Notes: generated from the letters alone by a model not told the origin. A stretch of 64,000 nucleotides of DNA from Desulfobacterales bacterium (GCA_963668645.2 CAXXWC010000001.1:416001-480000); one strand, 5' to 3'. Positions 29,197-39,310 are shown, counted from the first letter of the stretch. Numbers and translations: made by a program.

Positions 29197-29832
29197 TTAG
29201 TCCGTCGGAAGGTCGTCGGAAGATGCCACCAAGCTGTTGTACAGTCGACTGACCGATTGCGGCCGCCAGCGTCCTTTTCCCGAAAGCGTAGGAATGTCTT
29301 GGTCGTTCAGATATTGTGCGATCTGTTCGAAACTCTGATCTTGATCGCGTTGCGCGATGATCAGCTCGCCGGCTGTTTGACGCGGATTGGGTTTTCCAGG
29401 CGCGTCGGCCACGGCATCACTATCATTGGATGCTTCAAGATCCGGTTCATCCGGTTCCGTCTCGATTTCCACAGTCCCGGCCGTTTCTGCTGCTTCAGCC
29501 GAGACATCTTGGGGCGTATCTTCCACGACCGCGTCTGTCGGATTGAACTGCCTGGCGATGGATTCAAGCGCTTCTGCCTGTCGTTCGGCAGCTTTGGTCG
29601 AACGTTCACCAAATTCCACCAAACGCCGCTGTTGTTCAAGCAGTCCCTCAAGCAGACGTTTGATCGGCTGGAGCTGGTCGGCGTCGCTCGTTTTGCGCTG
29701 GGGGGCACCTTTGCGATCCCTTCCAGCAAACCGGTCGTTGGGCCGGTACTGATTGTCGAACGGCTTGTTCCGGTTGCGATCGAAGCGTTTGTTTCCTTGA
29801 TTGCGTAAATTGTGTAAAAAATTGTCGGTCAT
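29197..29832 (-). CDS. hypothetical protein with a C-terminal recombinase-like DNA-binding helix motif
   Basis: AGGAGG RBS; N/R/D-rich N-terminus, coiled coil, acidic linker, SFEQIAQYLN..IPT.SG.G.W....V. Confidence 0.75.
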   Translation of the reverse strand: MTDNFLHNLRNQGNKRFDRNRNKPFDNQYRPNDRFAGRDRKGAPQRKTSDADQLQPIKRLLEGLLEQQRRLVEFGERSTKAAERQAEALESIARQFNPTDAVVEDTPQDVSAEAAETAGTVEIETEPDEPDLEASNDSDAVADAPGKPNPRQTAGELIIAQRDQDQSFEQIAQYLNDQDIPTLSGKGRWRPQSVSRLYNSLVASSDDLPTD

Positions 29833-30443
29833 CCGGTCCTCCTACCTCTCTTCTTATTTCGTATATTTTCGTAAAACGGGTGATGCACCCTGTCATCTTC
29901 ACGGGGTGGTGACAATCTCCAAAGTCACGGCGCTACGAATCGATCTGTACCTTTTCGAGGGTCGTGAAGCCCACCTTCATTCCGGCCGGACAACAGCCCG
30001 CAGCACGATCGAGGCGACTGATGGTCAAGGCTGGTCCGGTCAGCAAATCAAATCACGATGGAAGGTGGCAAAAACGAACGATCTGATCTGTCGGTACGGC
30101 CTTTTCGGAGTGGTGTGCGACGGCAGAGACGAAAAGCTTGCCGCCAATACGCACTACTTCCGTATCGAAGGGAGGCAAGAAAGTCAAGGCGAATCCAGCC
30201 CCGACTTGCCATACAAATGGCGATGGCCCTTTTGCCGATCCTGTTATCGGTATGCAAAACCTTTGAAGCCATAAAACTTTATGGTATCCTCGCCCGACTG
30301 ACAACGGCAGCCCGGACCGATGGCAAGATGTCCGCATCGCGCCGCAGCCATCACAGAGCGGCGGGTTGTGACACAAAAAAGGGTCGCCCCAGCAGACAGA
30401 AGAAAGAAAAACATGGCAAAGAAAGTAAACCCTAAGGTGGCCG

Positions 30444-31097
30444 ATGGGCCCATCGTGGTGTAAATACCTGCCCGATTTCGGCCCCCATCCGATCGGGCTG
30501 ATGGCCGACAGCCACGGCGATCCGCAGGCCCTGGTGCGGGCCATCCGGCGACTTATCCAAAACGGATGCCGGAGCCTCTTGCATCTTGGCGATATCTGCG
30601 ATTCGGCCCTTCCCCAAACGGCCGCAGCCTGCGTGGATCTGTTGGCACGCCATGAAGTGCTGGCCGTATGCGGCAACAACGACCAGGCCCTGATCACCGC
30701 AGGCGCTGCAGTCCCCGACAGTGCACTGGCATGGCTGACCTGCCTGCCGCTGGCAATCGAAACCCCGTCGGCTGTTTTCGTTCACAGCCGCACCGATATC
30801 GACCGGCTCGGAAAGTCCGCCATGGTTCAAGACATGGACGATGAAACGGCTCTGCGATTTTTGAAACACTTTCCAAAGCGCCTCCTGTTTCGCGGCCATG
30901 GCCATCGCCCAAAAATCATGGGCCGTTCCGGCACCCGTCTGACCCAATCTCCCCTTCCGATCCTCGATGGCCCGCCTGCTGTATTGGGGCAAGGGGCCGT
31001 GATCACTTGTGGAAGCCTTCTCGGGGAAGGATCGGTCTGGGTCTGGGACCGGCCCAATACAACGCTCAGGCTCCTGTCACCCGGTGCAACCCTGTGA
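30444..31097 (+). CDS. calcineurin-like metallophosphoesterase
   Basis: DSHG, HLGD, GNND, GHGH motifs. Confidence 0.82.
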   Translation: MGPSWCKYLPDFGPHPIGLMADSHGDPQALVRAIRRLIQNGCRSLLHLGDICDSALPQTAAACVDLLARHEVLAVCGNNDQALITAGAAVPDSALAWLTCLPLAIETPSAVFVHSRTDIDRLGKSAMVQDMDDETALRFLKHFPKRLLFRGHGHRPKIMGRSGTRLTQSPLPILDGPPAVLGQGAVITCGSLLGEGSVWVWDRPNTTLRLLSPGATL

Positions 31098-31253
31098 AGA
31101 TGATCCCCAATGTCGCCGACGCTGCAAACCACCGGGATTCACAATGCCCGGCGTTGCATACCGATCCGGGTGTACTATATTTAGATGTTTTGATACTTCT
31201 GGACCATCAACCAAGTGTTAACATCCTAACAAATCTGCGACAGAAAGGTCTCG

Positions 31254-31514
31254 ATGGCGATGAAAGACGCTCGTGGTCTCTACTACTACCCAAACCCGAG
31301 CAACAAACAAGTGCGCACTTATGTGCGCCGTACCCAGGGAACCATCTGGTTCCGGCTCTGGAATGCGGCGGACCCCGAACTGTGGGAGGCCCATGGCTGG
31401 ATCCCCTGGACCTCGATCCAAAAGGCTGCTGAAATCTATGAAGGTAAAAACTTCGATCCGCGCCAGGCCTACGATTACGAGTTGGCAGTGGCCCTGCTGC
31501 GCGAAGAATCTTAA
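31254..31514 (+). CDS. conserved hypothetical protein
   Basis: RBS; compact ORF with GLYYYP, R.YVR, FRLWN...P.LW..HGW. Confidence 0.7.
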   Translation: MAMKDARGLYYYPNPSNKQVRTYVRRTQGTIWFRLWNAADPELWEAHGWIPWTSIQKAAEIYEGKNFDPRQAYDYELAVALLREES

Positions 31515-31562
31515 TCCGGCGCAGCCTTTTAACTTTTCAGGCTGACGACCGGAAGGGAGCCG

Positions 31563-32225
31563 ATGATGAAAGAACACGTTCTGCTCCATCAGATCCCCAT
31601 TTTTTCCTGCCTGGGGGAAGAGGAGCTTGACCGCTTGGCGTCGGTGGCCTTGCGCAAGCGTTTTACACGCAACACCGTTCTGCTCAACGAAGGCGACATC
31701 ACCGATTCGCTCTATGTCATTCTCAGCGGCAAGGTAAAAACGGTAATCACCGACGAAAACGGACGTGAAATCATTCTGTCCATTTCCGGACCGGGAGAAT
31801 ATTTCGGCGAGATGGCCCTGATCGACGGCGAACCACGCTCGGCTACCATCATCACCCGCGAACCCTGCCAATTGCTGATCTTTTCAAAAGAGGAGATCAA
31901 AGAGGTACTGCGCGCCAATCCGGATATGGTTTTTACCCTCCTGAAGGGATTGATAAAGCGGCTGCGCGAGACGGACAAACAAATAGAAAGTCTTGCCTTG
32001 ATGGACGTTTATGGCCGTATTGCCCAACTCTTGATGCAAATGGCCGAACCTGAAGGAGAGGTGCTGGTGGTCAACGAACCGCTGACTCACCAGGAAATCG
32101 CCAACATGGTGGGCGCTTCCCGCGAGATGGTCAGCCGCATTCTCAGTGAATTGATCCGCGGCGAATTCATACGCGTAGACAAAAAAATCATCTCAATCCT
32201 GCGCAAACTCCCCTACTCCTGGTAA
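31563..32225 (+). CDS. Crp/Fnr family transcriptional regulator
   Basis: cNMP pocket FGEMAL....RSA; HTH THQEIANMVGASREMVSR. Confidence 0.95.
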   Translation: MMKEHVLLHQIPIFSCLGEEELDRLASVALRKRFTRNTVLLNEGDITDSLYVILSGKVKTVITDENGREIILSISGPGEYFGEMALIDGEPRSATIITREPCQLLIFSKEEIKEVLRANPDMVFTLLKGLIKRLRETDKQIESLALMDVYGRIAQLLMQMAEPEGEVLVVNEPLTHQEIANMVGASREMVSRILSELIRGEFIRVDKKIISILRKLPYSW

Positions 32226-32448
32226 TCTTCGATGATTGCCGACCAAAGGCAAAAAAATCCCACCCTCTATCTGAACCTTATTCAGGTTGCTAATCCCCAT
32301 TTTTCCCGTGACATCGCCTTGAGATTGGGATAGTTAGAGGCCCTTTTTGAGTCATCCGCCCGGGCCAAATGGGTGAGAACAGACCGGCCGTTTTCATGCC
32401 GGTTGAACGACCAAAGCGGGTATTCCCCGAAAAAGGGAGAAAGACACA

Positions 32449-34299
32449 ATGCGAACGCTGATCGGCCTCATGATCTTTCTGCTGAGCCCGGCCGCGGCCC
32501 TAGCCGCCGAGGGACATGGAACCGCCGCCGTCGACCTGACGGCAACGGTGTACGGATATCTCGGTGTTCTGATCTTCGTGGCGGCCTACTGTCTGGTGCC
32601 ACTGGAAAACAAGATCCACCTGAGAAAAAGCAAACCCGTACTGATGGCCGCCGGGCTCATCTGGATACTCATCGCCGTAGCCTACATCGGTCTGGGAGAT
32701 CTGCACACGGCCCATGAGGCGATCAAGGCCAGCCTGCTGGAATACGCCGAACTGTTTTTGTTCCTCCTGGCGGCCATGACCTACATCAATGCCATGGAGG
32801 AACGCAACGTATTCCAGTCCCTGAGGGCCTGGTTGGTTTCGCGCGGTTTTTCTTTGCGCAGCGTATTCTGGATCACGGGCCTGTTGGCTTTTTTCATCTC
32901 TCCGGTGGCCGACAACCTCACCACGGCCCTTCTCATGGGAGCCGTGGTCATGGCAGTGGGCGGCGACAACAAAAAATTCGTGGCCCTGGCCTGCATCAAC
33001 ATCGTCATCGCGGCCAATGCGGGCGGAGCCTTTTCCCCGTTCGGCGACATCACCACCTTGATGGTCTGGCAAAAAGGCAAAGTCGACTTTCATGAATTTT
33101 TCGATATCTTCCCGCCCTCGGTGGTTAACTGGCTGGTGCCGGCCATATTCATGAGCCTCGTGGTGGGCAACACCCCTCCCAAGCGGCTTGAAGAAACGGT
33201 GTCTTTGAAGTATGGCGCCTGGGGCATCGTGGGGCTCTTTCTGTGCACCATCGCCACCGCCGTGAGCTTTCACAACTTCTTGCATCTGCCGCCGGCCACC
33301 GGAATGATGCTGGGCCTGGGATATCTGGGCATTTTGTCCTACCATATCAAGCGGCATGAAGGCCGCGTCGAGCGCTATGATTATATCCTGGGGGCCCGCG
33401 GCGGAGAATCGATGTACCCCCTGACCTGGATCGTCAAAAGAAAGCGCAAGCTCAATCACATCATCGAACAGATCCCGGCGGCGGTGTTCGCCATCAACAC
33501 CGATCACATCATCACCCACTGGAACAAGGCCATGGAGAGGCTGACCGGTGTGCCGGCGTCAGAGGCTATCGGCACCAACCGGCACTGGTATCCTTTTTAC
33601 AAGGAGGCGCGTCCGGTTCTGGCCGACCTGATCCTCAACTACATGCCCGGGAAAGAAGTCGAACGCCACTACCACGACGAACATCGCAAAAGCCCCCTGA
33701 TCGAGGATGCCTACGACGCCACCCACTTTTTCAAGGAAATGGGAAAAACCGGCCGTTTGATTTCATTTTCGGCCATGCCCCTCAAAAATCTGGATGGCGA
33801 AACCGTGGGCGCGGTGGAAGTCCTGGAGGATTTTACCGACCGCCAGGCAGCGGCGCAGCACTTCGATGTGATGAAAAACATCGCCCGCGCCGAATGGGAC
33901 ACCCTGCTCTTCTTTTACGGGGTGATCCTGTGCGTGGGCGGGCTGAGCCAGTTCGGCTACCTGGCGAAGATTTCCACCTTTTTTTACCTGGATATGGGAC
34001 CGACCTTTGCCAACACGATGGTGGGGATTTTGTCGGCCATCGTGGACAATATCCCGGTCATGTTCGCTGTCCTGAGCATGGATCCGGCCATGAGCCACGG
34101 CCAATGGCTGCTGGTAACCCTTACGGCCGGGGTGGGCGGCAGCCTGCTGTCCATCGGTTCGGCCGCCGGGGTGGCCCTGATGGGCACGGCCCGGGGCACC
34201 TACACCTTCGGGGCGCATCTCAAGTGGACCCCGATCATCGCACTCGGCTACGCGGCCAGCATCCTGGTCCATCTTTGGTTCAACGCCAACTTGATGTAA
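32449..34299 (+). CDS. nhaD: Na+/H+ antiporter NhaD family with an inserted PAS domain
   Basis: LRKSKPV, AMTYINAMEER, ADNLTTAL, NAGGAFSPFGDITT, EWDTLLFFYG, VDNIPV, GGSLLSIGSAAGVA. Confidence 0.92.
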   Translation: MRTLIGLMIFLLSPAAALAAEGHGTAAVDLTATVYGYLGVLIFVAAYCLVPLENKIHLRKSKPVLMAAGLIWILIAVAYIGLGDLHTAHEAIKASLLEYAELFLFLLAAMTYINAMEERNVFQSLRAWLVSRGFSLRSVFWITGLLAFFISPVADNLTTALLMGAVVMAVGGDNKKFVALACINIVIAANAGGAFSPFGDITTLMVWQKGKVDFHEFFDIFPPSVVNWLVPAIFMSLVVGNTPPKRLEETVSLKYGAWGIVGLFLCTIATAVSFHNFLHLPPATGMMLGLGYLGILSYHIKRHEGRVERYDYILGARGGESMYPLTWIVKRKRKLNHIIEQIPAAVFAINTDHIITHWNKAMERLTGVPASEAIGTNRHWYPFYKEARPVLADLILNYMPGKEVERHYHDEHRKSPLIEDAYDATHFFKEMGKTGRLISFSAMPLKNLDGETVGAVEVLEDFTDRQAAAQHFDVMKNIARAEWDTLLFFYGVILCVGGLSQFGYLAKISTFFYLDMGPTFANTMVGILSAIVDNIPVMFAVLSMDPAMSHGQWLLVTLTAGVGGSLLSIGSAAGVALMGTARGTYTFGAHLKWTPIIALGYAASILVHLWFNANLM

Positions 34300-34350
34300 A
34301 AAAACGGGGGACTGCCCGGAAATTCTGCGGGTAGCCCCCCCGTTGCCTTT
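34298..34350. terminator. hairpin between convergent nhaD and rsmF-like genes
   Basis: AACGGGGG..CCCG / CGGG..CCCCCGTT stem with an A run on the left. Confidence 0.65.
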
Positions 34351-34362
34351 CAAATCACCCGT

Positions 34363-35820
34363 TCAACCTTTCTGGTTCGGCCCGGCCACGGCCAGGCTTT
34401 TAGGAAAAAGGCTGGCCACCTGCCCCTGGTCCTCACCGTAGAACCCCAGGCCCAGCACGCTCTTTTCGAAGCGCACAAGCACATAACCTGTGCCGTCGCA
34501 GGCCGCCAGCTGTTCGGCGGCCGGGGTAAACGGCGCACGGCTCAGGTAGGCATGACGCTGGTCCGGGGTCAAGTCGATGACATTGCTGGTGGCCCACGGG
34601 CCTAAGGCTGCGGCGGCCCCTGTGGTCATGATGGGAAAACGCGGCCTCAAGTGCATAAATTTAAGGCCGCTGGTTTGCTCTGGGAGGTGGGGCGGGCGGT
34701 GGCCGGAAACGGCCAAAAATGCAATCTGAGCCCCGTTTTCGATAACTTCCAGCCCCTCCAGGGCCGACGCCGGGATCCCGAAACGCCGGGCCAGCACCTC
34801 CAGCATCTCATGACGCCGCAAAGAGCAACGCTGCAAGGGGCCGACCGGTGAACCTTCGTGGCGCTCACCGATTGCCGACGGCAAATCAAGGGGTTGTGCT
34901 TCCCCGACCCTTTCAAGCAAAGCGATGTAAAAACCGCCCGAGTCGTTGTGGTGGGGCCAGATTCTCCGGGTGCGGCTCAGGGTGGAATCAAACACCTGTC
35001 CGTCCCAGCCGGTCAACCCGGCAGCAGTCTGCAAACCAGGCAAATCAAAGGGGACAACACGCAAGCGCCCACCGAAAACCTTGAGCACCGCGTCCACCAC
35101 CGCTTCGTTTTCCTCCGGTGCATAGGTGCAGGTGCTGTAGACGATCCGCCCCCCCGGCCGGCAGCGTCGAACCGCCTGGCAAAGCAGCAGGATCTGTTTA
35201 CGCTGGAAACGCCCATAAGGCGCGCTGCAACGCTCGGCAAAGTCTTTATGGCGCCGGCTGGTCCCCTCGCAGGAGCAAGGCGCATCAACCAGAACCCGGT
35301 CGAAAAGCCCCCCGCTAGCCGGGAAATTAACCCCATCGTGGCAGGTAATGGTCACGTTGAAGAGCCCGAGCCGGTCGACGCTTTGGCGCAAAGGGCTCAA
35401 CCGGCCACAAACCAGATCGTTGCCCACCACCGTGCCCTGGTTTTGCATGGCCACGGCGCACTGCACGGTCTTGTTGCCCGGAGCGGCACAAAGATCGAGG
35501 ACCCGCTCACCCGGCTGAGTCCCCAAAACCTTGGCCGGTATCATGGCACTGGCTTCCTGGATTTGGAAATGGCCCGCCAAATAAGTCCAGTGACGCCCCA
35601 ACCCCTGCTGATCGGCCGGAATCCGGAAAGCGGTGGCGTTCCATGGCAAAGGCCGCGGGTCAAAGCCGTCGCCCCGCAGTCGTTCGATCAGCTCTGCCGG
35701 CCGGGTGCGCAGGGTGTTGGTCCAAAAAAAATGGGCCAGGGGCCGCAGGCTCGCATCGGCAAAAGCGTCCAGATCATCAACGATGCCCGCATAACGGGCC
35801 AGGCTGCAAGGAAAATTCAT
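34363..35820 (-). CDS. RsmB/RsmF (NOL1/NOP2) RNA cytosine-C5 methyltransferase
   Basis: QEASAM, VLDLCAAPGNKT, VLVDAPCS.EG, YSTCT..PEENE. Confidence 0.92.
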   Translation of the reverse strand: MNFPCSLARYAGIVDDLDAFADASLRPLAHFFWTNTLRTRPAELIERLRGDGFDPRPLPWNATAFRIPADQQGLGRHWTYLAGHFQIQEASAMIPAKVLGTQPGERVLDLCAAPGNKTVQCAVAMQNQGTVVGNDLVCGRLSPLRQSVDRLGLFNVTITCHDGVNFPASGGLFDRVLVDAPCSCEGTSRRHKDFAERCSAPYGRFQRKQILLLCQAVRRCRPGGRIVYSTCTYAPEENEAVVDAVLKVFGGRLRVVPFDLPGLQTAAGLTGWDGQVFDSTLSRTRRIWPHHNDSGGFYIALLERVGEAQPLDLPSAIGERHEGSPVGPLQRCSLRRHEMLEVLARRFGIPASALEGLEVIENGAQIAFLAVSGHRPPHLPEQTSGLKFMHLRPRFPIMTTGAAAALGPWATSNVIDLTPDQRHAYLSRAPFTPAAEQLAACDGTGYVLVRFEKSVLGLGFYGEDQGQVASLFPKSLAVAGPNQKG

Positions 35821-36013
35821 GGCCGTGGCCCATACCACCACCCCGGCTTTTGTTCAAGGTGGACTTTGACGGGTCTGGCAGCACACCAAGCGCGTATCGA
35901 GGCTCGACTTGCCATTGGCGCAATTTCTGCTATCTTCAACGGGCAGTTTTTTCATCAAGTAGACATGGCGCGGCAGCCCGAACGCCGCGCCCCCGTGAAG
36001 GAGAACGGCACAA

Positions 36014-37279
36014 ATGAACCTTCCGCGCCCCATCTACCTGGACTACAACGGCACCACCCCCCTCGACCCGGCGGTAATCACCGCGATGCGCCCCTTTTTG
36101 GAGACCGAGTTCGGCAATCCCTCGAGCAGCCACTGGTATGGTATCGCGCCCAAGCAAGCGGTGGAACAGGCCCGGCGTCAGGTGGCCGACCTGATCGGCG
36201 CCGCTGCCGAAGAGATCGTCTTTACAAGCGGCGGCACCGAGTCGAACAATCACGCCATCCGCGGCATCGCCCGGGCGCTTAAAGACCGCGGCCGGCACAT
36301 CGTCACCTCGGCCGTAGAGCATCCGGCCGTGCTGGAGGTATACAAGCGGCGGCACCGAGCCGCCATTTGCGGCATCGCCCGGGCGCTTAAAGACCGCGGC
36401 CGGCACATCGTCACCTCGGCCGTAGAGCATCCGGCCGTGCTGGAGGTATGCCGGGACCTGGAGGTCCAGGGAGGAGAAATCTCGGTGGTTCCCGTGGACC
36501 GCCATGGCCTCGTAGATCCTGCGGAGGTGGCCGCAGCCCTGCGTCCCGACACGATCCTGGTCAGCATCATGCATGCCAACAACGAGGTGGGCACGATCCA
36601 GCCGATCGCCGAGATCGCTGCCCTGGCCCATCGGCACGGCGTCCTGGTGCACACCGACGCGGCCCAGAGCATCGGCAAGATCCCGGTACGGGTCGACGAC
36701 CTGGGTGTCGACCTGCTCAGCGTGGCCGGTCACAAGGTTTATGCTTCCAAGGGCATCGGTGCACTCTACATTCGCCGGGGGGCCCTTGTGGAACCTTTCT
36801 GCCGCGGCGCCGGTCAAGAGGGCGGACACCGGGCCGGCACCGAAAACGTGACCCAGATCGCCGGCCTGGGAGCCGCCTGTGCGCTTGCCGCCGCCCAGAT
36901 GATGGAGGCCCCGGCCCGCTTGCAACAGCTTCGAGACCGGCTGTACGAAAACATCGCGGCCCAATGGTCTGAAATCCGCCTCAACGGCCATCCCCAAAAC
37001 CGTCTGCCCAATACGTTGAGCCTCGCCTTTCACGGCCTGGAGGCCGATCGTATCCTTGAAGAGATCGGTCTCGAAGTTGCCGCCTCGGCCGGAGCCGCCT
37101 GTCATTCTGATGCGGTGCAGCTTTCCCATGTCCTGGAAGCCATGCAGATCCCGGTTGAGTGGGCCAAGGGGACCCTGCGTTTTTCCGTGGGCCGCATGAC
37201 CACTGACGACGACGTCGATCGCGCCGCGGCGGTCGTCGTAAAGGCTGTACGGCATCTGAGCACGGCCGGACTCGATTAA
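36014..37279 (+). CDS. group I cysteine desulfurase (NifS/IscS-like) with a 36-aa internal duplication
   Basis: YLDYNGTTP, FGNPSS.H, FTSGGTESNN, HTDAAQ, AGHK, RAGTEN, SAGAACHS. Confidence 0.92.
   Translation: MNLPRPIYLDYNGTTPLDPAVITAMRPFLETEFGNPSSSHWYGIAPKQAVEQARRQVADLIGAAAEEIVFTSGGTESNNHAIRGIARALKDRGRHIVTSAVEHPAVLEVYKRRHRAAICGIARALKDRGRHIVTSAVEHPAVLEVCRDLEVQGGEISVVPVDRHGLVDPAEVAAALRPDTILVSIMHANNEVGTIQPIAEIAALAHRHGVLVHTDAAQSIGKIPVRVDDLGVDLLSVAGHKVYASKGIGALYIRRGALVEPFCRGAGQEGGHRAGTENVTQIAGLGAACALAAAQMMEAPARLQQLRDRLYENIAAQWSEIRLNGHPQNRLPNTLSLAFHGLEADRILEEIGLEVAASAGAACHSDAVQLSHVLEAMQIPVEWAKGTLRFSVGRMTTDDDVDRAAAVVVKAVRHLSTAGLD
36223..36449 (+). repeat. imperfect tandem duplication inside the cysteine desulfurase gene
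   Basis: TACAAGCGGCGGCACCGAG at 36223 and 36341 (offset 118); the remainder repeats at offset 108. Confidence 0.92.
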
Positions 37280-37290
37280 GTGATGGATCA

Positions 37291-39219
37291 GTGATGAAAG
37301 CCTTTCAATCCACGGCCCTGATCCTCTGCCGACCCAGAACCTCCCTGGATCGAACGATCTCCACTTTAGAAGAGCGGGGTTACGCCATCCACCGGATTGC
37401 CCAGGCCCGTGCAGGGCGCGAATGCCTGCCTGCCGATCCCCCGTCCCTGATCCTGCTGGAAGCCTCCTTGCCAGGGGCCGCCGAAGCGGCTGCGGAAGCC
37501 GCTGCAAGGTGGCCGCATCTGCCTGTGGCCATTCTCTGCTCACGGAGGGTCCTTGACCGGGTGGCCACGGATTTCAAGGCCTGGGCCCTCGAATTTCTAC
37601 CCCTGCCCGAAGACCCTCTGGCGCTGCGCCTAGCCCTGCGCAGAGTGCAGCGCCAGACCCAACGTCGGCAGGAAACGGACCAACGCCTGGCAGAATCGGA
37701 AAATCGCACCGCCCGGCAGGTTGACGACGAACGTTCTGCAGCCGTCGAGCAAATCGTAGACAAAATGGCGACCTTTATCGCCAAGATTGCCGCCGAGGCC
37801 CAGGGCGGGGTGCAATACTTCAACGAACTGCCCTATTTCGTATCGGTTCACAGCCACCGGGGCGAAATCATGGCCGCCAACTCGGCCTATGCCATGCACT
37901 TCGGTTCCCCGCTGCCCCGCTATAGCTGGGAGGTATACAGCGGCAAGCAGGCCGGGGCCCGGAACTGCCCGGTGAACCTCAGCCTCGATTCGGGCGAAGC
38001 GGCCACCACGCATGCCGTGGTGCGCTATCGAAGCGGCCTGCGCGTTCCGGTGATCGTGCATACGGCACCCATCTTCGACCGGCAGGGCCGGGTTGTGCTG
38101 ATCATCGAGGTTTTTGCCGGAACCCGGGAAATCGAACTTTTGGCCCGCGACATTCACACCACCCAGCAGCGCTATCAACAGCTTTTCGACGTGGTTCCCT
38201 TTCACGCCACCGTGCTGGACCGCCGCTTTAACATCACGGCGGTCAACCGGCGATTCGAGAAAGATTTCGGCAACCCTGTGGGCGAATCGTTTTTCGATGT
38301 GTTGCGGCCGGCCAGGTTCCCACCCTATCGCGGACCGATCACCCAGACCCTGCGCGACGGCCAGCCCCACCAGGGAGAAGTGGTCATGACCGACCGCCGG
38401 GGACGCCAGTACAACATGATGGCCTGGACCTCGCCAGTCACCACCCAGGCCGGCAAGCTGATTCAGACCCTGGTTATCTTTACCGACGTCACGGCCCAGC
38501 GCCGCAGGGAGGACGATCTTGCCACCCTGGGGTTGACGATCAGCACCCTGGCCCACAATCTGAAAGGCAGCCTCACCGGCCTGGAGGCAGGGCTCTATCT
38601 GATCGAAAAGGGGTTTTACCGCAATCACCAGGGCCGGATCGAAGAAGGCCTGGATCTGCTCAAGATGATGGCCGAAAGACTGCGCAGCATGGTCACCGAC
38701 ATTCTCTATTCGGCCAAGGATCGGCCGCTCAAGCTGGAACCGGTGGACGTGTTGCAGTTTGCCGGAGACCTGGCCGCCAATATCGAGCGGCGCATGCGCG
38801 GGGCGGCCGTGACCTTCAGATGCCACTTCGCGCCCGATCCGGGTGTTATGCTGGCCGATGCCAGTGTACTGCGGCCGGCTTTGAACAACGTGCTCGAAAA
38901 CGCCCTTGAGGCCTGCATCGAGGCTCCGGCTGGCCGCCCATGCCAAGTCGATTTCGCCGTTGGCGCTGATCCGGATACGATTACCTTCGAGATCGCGGAC
39001 ACCGGATCGGGCCTGACCGCAGAACAGCGCGACCACATCTTTTCGCTCTTCTATTCGTCCAAGGGCAACCAGGGCACCGGGCTGGGCCTTTATATCACCC
39101 GCAGGGTGATCCAGCGCCATGGAGGAGAGATCGTGGTTGACGCCGAGCCGGGTCAGGGCGCCCGCTTTCGCATTCGCCTGCCGCGGCGACGAAAGTTCGA
39201 GCGGTTGAAATCCGCTTGA
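37291..39219 (+). CDS. PAS-PAS sensor histidine kinase with a degenerate N-terminal receiver
   Basis: H-box LAHNLKG, N-box NALEA, DTGSG, F.LFYSSK, GTGLGL; two PAS-like segments. Confidence 0.88.
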   Translation: MMKAFQSTALILCRPRTSLDRTISTLEERGYAIHRIAQARAGRECLPADPPSLILLEASLPGAAEAAAEAAARWPHLPVAILCSRRVLDRVATDFKAWALEFLPLPEDPLALRLALRRVQRQTQRRQETDQRLAESENRTARQVDDERSAAVEQIVDKMATFIAKIAAEAQGGVQYFNELPYFVSVHSHRGEIMAANSAYAMHFGSPLPRYSWEVYSGKQAGARNCPVNLSLDSGEAATTHAVVRYRSGLRVPVIVHTAPIFDRQGRVVLIIEVFAGTREIELLARDIHTTQQRYQQLFDVVPFHATVLDRRFNITAVNRRFEKDFGNPVGESFFDVLRPARFPPYRGPITQTLRDGQPHQGEVVMTDRRGRQYNMMAWTSPVTTQAGKLIQTLVIFTDVTAQRRREDDLATLGLTISTLAHNLKGSLTGLEAGLYLIEKGFYRNHQGRIEEGLDLLKMMAERLRSMVTDILYSAKDRPLKLEPVDVLQFAGDLAANIERRMRGAAVTFRCHFAPDPGVMLADASVLRPALNNVLENALEACIEAPAGRPCQVDFAVGADPDTITFEIADTGSGLTAEQRDHIFSLFYSSKGNQGTGLGLYITRRVIQRHGGEIVVDAEPGQGARFRIRLPRRRKFERLKSA

Positions 39220-39310
39220 AAAAAGAGGCGAAACGGTTCAAAAAGAAATGCCTTTTCACAGTCGTGTGGCGGCGGCAAGCCGATTCCGATCCGACTAAAA
39301 GAGAACGACA

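Noticed and set aside
29197..29832. Site-specific recombinase marking a mobile element
   Set aside because: No catalytic serine-recombinase domain and no att-like flanks
29850..30430. Short ORFs or an ncRNA in the divergent gap
   Set aside because: No convincing RBS, protein motif or recognisable RNA structure; most likely promoter DNA
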